Part shown: piece by piece, positions 61,027-64,000 of the stretch
Numbering within the stretch: the first letter of the stretch is position 1
Layout: every line of letters begins with the position of its first letter
Source of the DNA: a virus
Length of the DNA: 64,000 bases
Strand: one strand, 5' to 3'
Virus record (IMG/VR): IMGVR_UViG_3300014613_004232
Location: 29,836 to 93,835 of that record
Position numbers and translations under genes: made by a program
The notes under the pieces: generated by a model
What the model saw: the letters and a program-made list of their open reading frames with translations, nothing else
What the model was told of the DNA's origin: nothing
Database searches by the model: none

Positions 61027-61610
61027 AGATCGATGAACAACTCAACCTCGTCGAGCTCGAACATCTGCCGGTCAAACCGCCCAGGCCCGGGACGCCAGGG
61101 GAAGGCATCTACCTCGATCTCTGGAGGGATTACCTCGCAGCGAACCCGCGGCGCCTCGATTCGATCCTGCGCGACACGATGTCGGAGCCGACCCAGCGCG
61201 ACGCAACTGTGTGCGCCTCGTTCATGGTCTTCATGGGCTGCAATGGTGGGCGCGACCTGGCTGGGAACGCTCAGCGCCTCCTGAGCTCAAGCCGCATGCG
61301 CTCTCACGAAGCATTCATGGCCGCCTGGGCCAACTTGAACGAGCGACGGCGCGGTGTCGACCATGGTCTTCGAGCCATCGAGTACATCCTCGCCCCTGAG
61401 CATCCCATTCGGCATCCATCGGTAGGCGGCTGCGCTGTGGACTGGCAGAAGGTCCCCGAAATCACTATGCAAGACATCGATGTCATCGAGTGCATGGTGG
61501 TCTGGTGGTCCACGGCCGATGCGGCCGAAATGCGCTCCATCGCCGAGCCAATGATCGAAGCCGCGACCAAGAAGCATCTGTCCGAAATCTTTCGACGCAG
61601 CGAACCATGA
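61023..61610 (+). CDS. Hypothetical protein
   Basis: Coupled ORF. Confidence 0.65.
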   Translation: MKIDEQLNLVELEHLPVKPPRPGTPGEGIYLDLWRDYLAANPRRLDSILRDTMSEPTQRDATVCASFMVFMGCNGGRDLAGNAQRLLSSSRMRSHEAFMAAWANLNERRRGVDHGLRAIEYILAPEHPIRHPSVGGCAVDWQKVPEITMQDIDVIECMVVWWSTADAAEMRSIAEPMIEAATKKHLSEIFRRSEP

Positions 61611-62272
61611 ATACCTACCAACTCACCGAAGAGTCCTTCCTGAAGGAAGTCGACCAGCACGTGATGGAAGTCATCCACGAAGACGGAGTCTTCCGCCACC
61701 TGCGCTTCAAGCAACCCGGCACCGTGTGCATGCACTTCGACCTGATCACCTGGCCCGGCCGCCTTTGCTACACCGGTGACATGGGCACCTTCGTCTTCAG
61801 CCGGACCCACGACATGCTGGAGTTCTTCCGCCCGGATGCCTACGCCAGGGCGGCCCCATTCAAGCGGATCGACCGCCGCTACTGGGCTGAGAAGGTCGAC
61901 GCCAGCGGCCGTGACGGGACCACAGAGTTCAGCGAAGAGAGGTTCAACCGCGCAGTTCTGGAGCACCTGGTCACTTGGATTCGGAACCATCGAGACGACA
62001 CCACCAAGGAAGAACGGCGCGACCTCTGGGATGCCGTGATGTCCGAGGTCATCGGCGCCGATGGTGACTCGGGTGGCTACCGCAAGCAGTGCGCCGCGCA
62101 CGACTTCTTCCACCAGGTCAACCACGGACTGAAGTTCTATTTCCGCGACTTCTGGGAAGTCAACGTCGAGGAGTTCACGCACCGATTCACGTGGTGCTGC
62201 TACGCCCTTCGCTGGGCCGTCATGAAGTACGACGAAGTCAAGGCGGCCCAGCAGGCCACCGTCATCGCCTGA
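61607..62272 (+). CDS. Conserved phage hypothetical protein
   Basis: FDLITWPG.LCYTGDMGT.VF.R..DM..FFR, YWAEK. Confidence 0.7.
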   Translation: MNTYQLTEESFLKEVDQHVMEVIHEDGVFRHLRFKQPGTVCMHFDLITWPGRLCYTGDMGTFVFSRTHDMLEFFRPDAYARAAPFKRIDRRYWAEKVDASGRDGTTEFSEERFNRAVLEHLVTWIRNHRDDTTKEERRDLWDAVMSEVIGADGDSGGYRKQCAAHDFFHQVNHGLKFYFRDFWEVNVEEFTHRFTWCCYALRWAVMKYDEVKAAQQATVIA

Positions 62273-62300
62273 GAACCGAAATCGCAAAGAGGAACGCCCA

Positions 62301-63536
62301 ATGTTCTCCACATCCACCCTCTACCGCCTTGTGTGCGGTGTCCCCATCGAGTCCAGCGTCCTGGAAGACGCCCTCAACAAGGCTCAGTTCGTGCCGACTG
62401 GACCTACCCAGCAGCAGAGCGCCGGCTGGGTCGCGCCCCGCGGCGAAGAGCACGGCGCCATGGTCGAGGCGATCGGCGGCCAACTGTTCATCCGCCTGCG
62501 CACCGAGGTGCGCAAAGTGCCGGGCCCGGCCGTCAAGCGGCATGCAGATGAGATCGCCGACCAGATCGAAGAGAGCACCGGCCGCCGCCCCGGCAAGAAG
62601 CAGATGAAGGAGATCAAGGAGCAGGCGCTGCTCGAACTCCTGCCGTCGGCCATCCCAGGGCAGTTCGACACCTGGGCATGGATCGACCCCAAGTCCTGCG
62701 TGATGGTCGTGGACTCGACATCACCCGGCAAACTCGACCAGTTCGTCACCCTCCTGGTGAAGGCCATGGAAGACGTCAACTTCAGCCTGATCCAGACGGA
62801 GATGTCGCCCGCCGTGGCGATGGCCCACTGGCTGGGCACGGGCGAGCCACCGTACCAGTTCAGTGTCGACCGCGAGTGCGCGCTCAAGTCCCCCGACGAG
62901 ATGAAGTCGGTGGTCCGCTACTCCCGGCACCCCCTGGACACCGACGAGGTCAAGCAGCACATCCAGGCCGGCAAGGTGCCCACCCACCTCGCACTGACGT
63001 GGCGCGACCGCGTGTCGTTCGTGCTGACCGACTCCGGCAAGCTGAAGAAGCTGTCCTTCCTGGACATCGTCTTCGAGGGGCCCAGCAGCCCGGCCGGCGG
63101 CAAGGTAGACAAGTCCGAGGCCTTCGAGGCCGACTGCGCGATCTTCACCGGCGAGATGTTGCAGTTGATCCCCGACCTGCTGGATGCCCTGGGCGGCGAG
63201 GCCGCGCCGCTCGCGCCCCCTCAGACCGGCATGGCGGCAGAGAAAACCGACGGCGAATCGACGACCGATGCCCAGGCCCCGTGGGATCAGCACCTGGAGG
63301 CCGACGGCCCAGACCCGCTCTACCCCGACGCATGCGAAATCATCGTGGCCAATCAGAAGGCCTCGATTTCGCTGGTGCAGCGCCACCTGCACATCGGCTA
63401 CAACCGCGCCGCGCGCATCCTGGAGCAGATGGAGAAGGCCGGCCTGATCAGCCCGACCGACGCCAAGGGCAACCGTCAGATCAACGACCTGGTCAACCAG
63501 GCCGAGCGCCAGGCCATCGCGGAGGCCGCCCAGTGA
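62301..63536 (+). CDS. rdgC: RdgC recombination-associated protein fused to FtsK gamma domain
   Basis: SAGWV.PRG, RPGKK..KE.KE, LALTW.DRVSFVLT; C-terminal DPLY..A......ASIS.VQR.L.IGYNRAARI.E.ME..G. Confidence 0.88.
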   Translation: MFSTSTLYRLVCGVPIESSVLEDALNKAQFVPTGPTQQQSAGWVAPRGEEHGAMVEAIGGQLFIRLRTEVRKVPGPAVKRHADEIADQIEESTGRRPGKKQMKEIKEQALLELLPSAIPGQFDTWAWIDPKSCVMVVDSTSPGKLDQFVTLLVKAMEDVNFSLIQTEMSPAVAMAHWLGTGEPPYQFSVDRECALKSPDEMKSVVRYSRHPLDTDEVKQHIQAGKVPTHLALTWRDRVSFVLTDSGKLKKLSFLDIVFEGPSSPAGGKVDKSEAFEADCAIFTGEMLQLIPDLLDALGGEAAPLAPPQTGMAAEKTDGESTTDAQAPWDQHLEADGPDPLYPDACEIIVANQKASISLVQRHLHIGYNRAARILEQMEKAGLISPTDAKGNRQINDLVNQAERQAIAEAAQ

Positions 63537-63712
63537 TAGTCGCCAAGGAAACGATCCGCCGCACCGTGGCCGCCCTCGCCAAGGCAGATCCGGGTGCCAG
63601 CGAAGCTGAACTCCACCGCCGCGCCGCAATCTCCCTCGGAATCCAGGTCGACATGGTCCGCACCGTCATGGAGGAGGCGACCCCGTTGGGTGCTGCCGAG
63701 TCGGAAAACTGA
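63533..63712 (+). CDS. Small hypothetical HTH-like protein
   Basis: GTG start overlapping rdgC stop. Confidence 0.5.
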   Translation: MIVAKETIRRTVAALAKADPGASEAELHRRAAISLGIQVDMVRTVMEEATPLGAAESEN

Positions 63713-63743
63713 CATGCGCGCTCTACCCGTGCGCTCCCAACAT
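63703..63743 (+). promoter_or_regulatory. Late-type promoter in front of xis-like gene
   Basis: GTCGGAAAACT, 29 nt, CAACAT. Confidence 0.55.
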
Positions 63744-63778
63744 CCGGGCCAAGACGACCGCACCGGAGACCTTCGACC

Positions 63779-64000
63779 ATGAGCCTGCTTGCTCAACTGA
63801 TCCTCGCCGAGAAGTACGGCATGCGCCTGGACATGCAGGAACTCGCCAGTGAACTCGACATGGCCAAGGGCACCCTGATGAACCAGATCAGCGCCGGCAC
63901 GCTGGGCATCAAGACTTACATGGATGGCGGGAAGCGGTGGGCCGATGTGCGGGACGTGGCCGCCCACTACGACCGGATGCGCGAGAGGGCCGAGGCCTGA
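63779..64000 (+). CDS. Excisionase/PrtN-like small HTH protein
   Basis: LDMQELASEL.MAKGTL.NQIS.G...R.ADVRDVA; last gene of early operon, typical xis position. Confidence 0.6.
   Translation: MSLLAQLILAEKYGMRLDMQELASELDMAKGTLMNQISAGTLGIKTYMDGGKRWADVRDVAAHYDRMRERAEA

Larger units (their letters stand above)
1..64000. mobile_element. Part of a temperate phage/prophage with P1-like morphogenesis and lambdoid immunity/replication modules (ends not in window)
   Basis: Contiguous terminase, protease, baseplate, tail fibre, Dar-like, cI/cro, ERF/YqaJ and xis-like genes; no host housekeeping genes seen. Confidence 0.95.

Overview
High-GC (betaproteobacterial-looking) temperate phage segment with a mosaic layout. 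Left arm (minus strand, 1-23.2 kb): P1-like virion genes, namely a 12-kb cassette of DarB/DarA-type polyvalent head-packaged proteins, a low-GC tailspike, gp25/gp26/gp24-like tail proteins, tail fibre plus chaperone, prohead protease, and baseplate gp16/BplA/PmgA-like genes. Next comes a tRNA and structured-RNA island (23.2-26.4 kb; tRNA-Arg CCT, Gly TCC, initiator-like Met CAT). An accessory/DNA-modification block (26.4-37.1 kb) holds a truncated LexA, DUF5131, an HD hydrolase, an amino-methyltransferase, a cupin, QueF-like and TGT/DpdA-like genes, and a 5mC methyltransferase with a nested alternate-frame gene. P1-like PacB/PacA terminase follows, then a nin-like region and a lambdoid replication/immunity region (initiator with iterons, cII, cro, cI with 17-bp operators). 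A rightward early operon (ERF, YqaJ exonuclease, RdgC-FtsKgamma) ends in an excisionase-like gene at the window edge. Reading the intergenic DNA shows a regulon of 13 promoters sharing (C)GGAAA(A)-N28/29-(-10 hexamer), which covers the virion, packaging, DNA-modification, RNA and excisionase-like genes. It also shows LexA-type boxes, ectopic iterons and several unannotated structured RNAs. Protein-family calls come from recognised motifs only; no database search was run.
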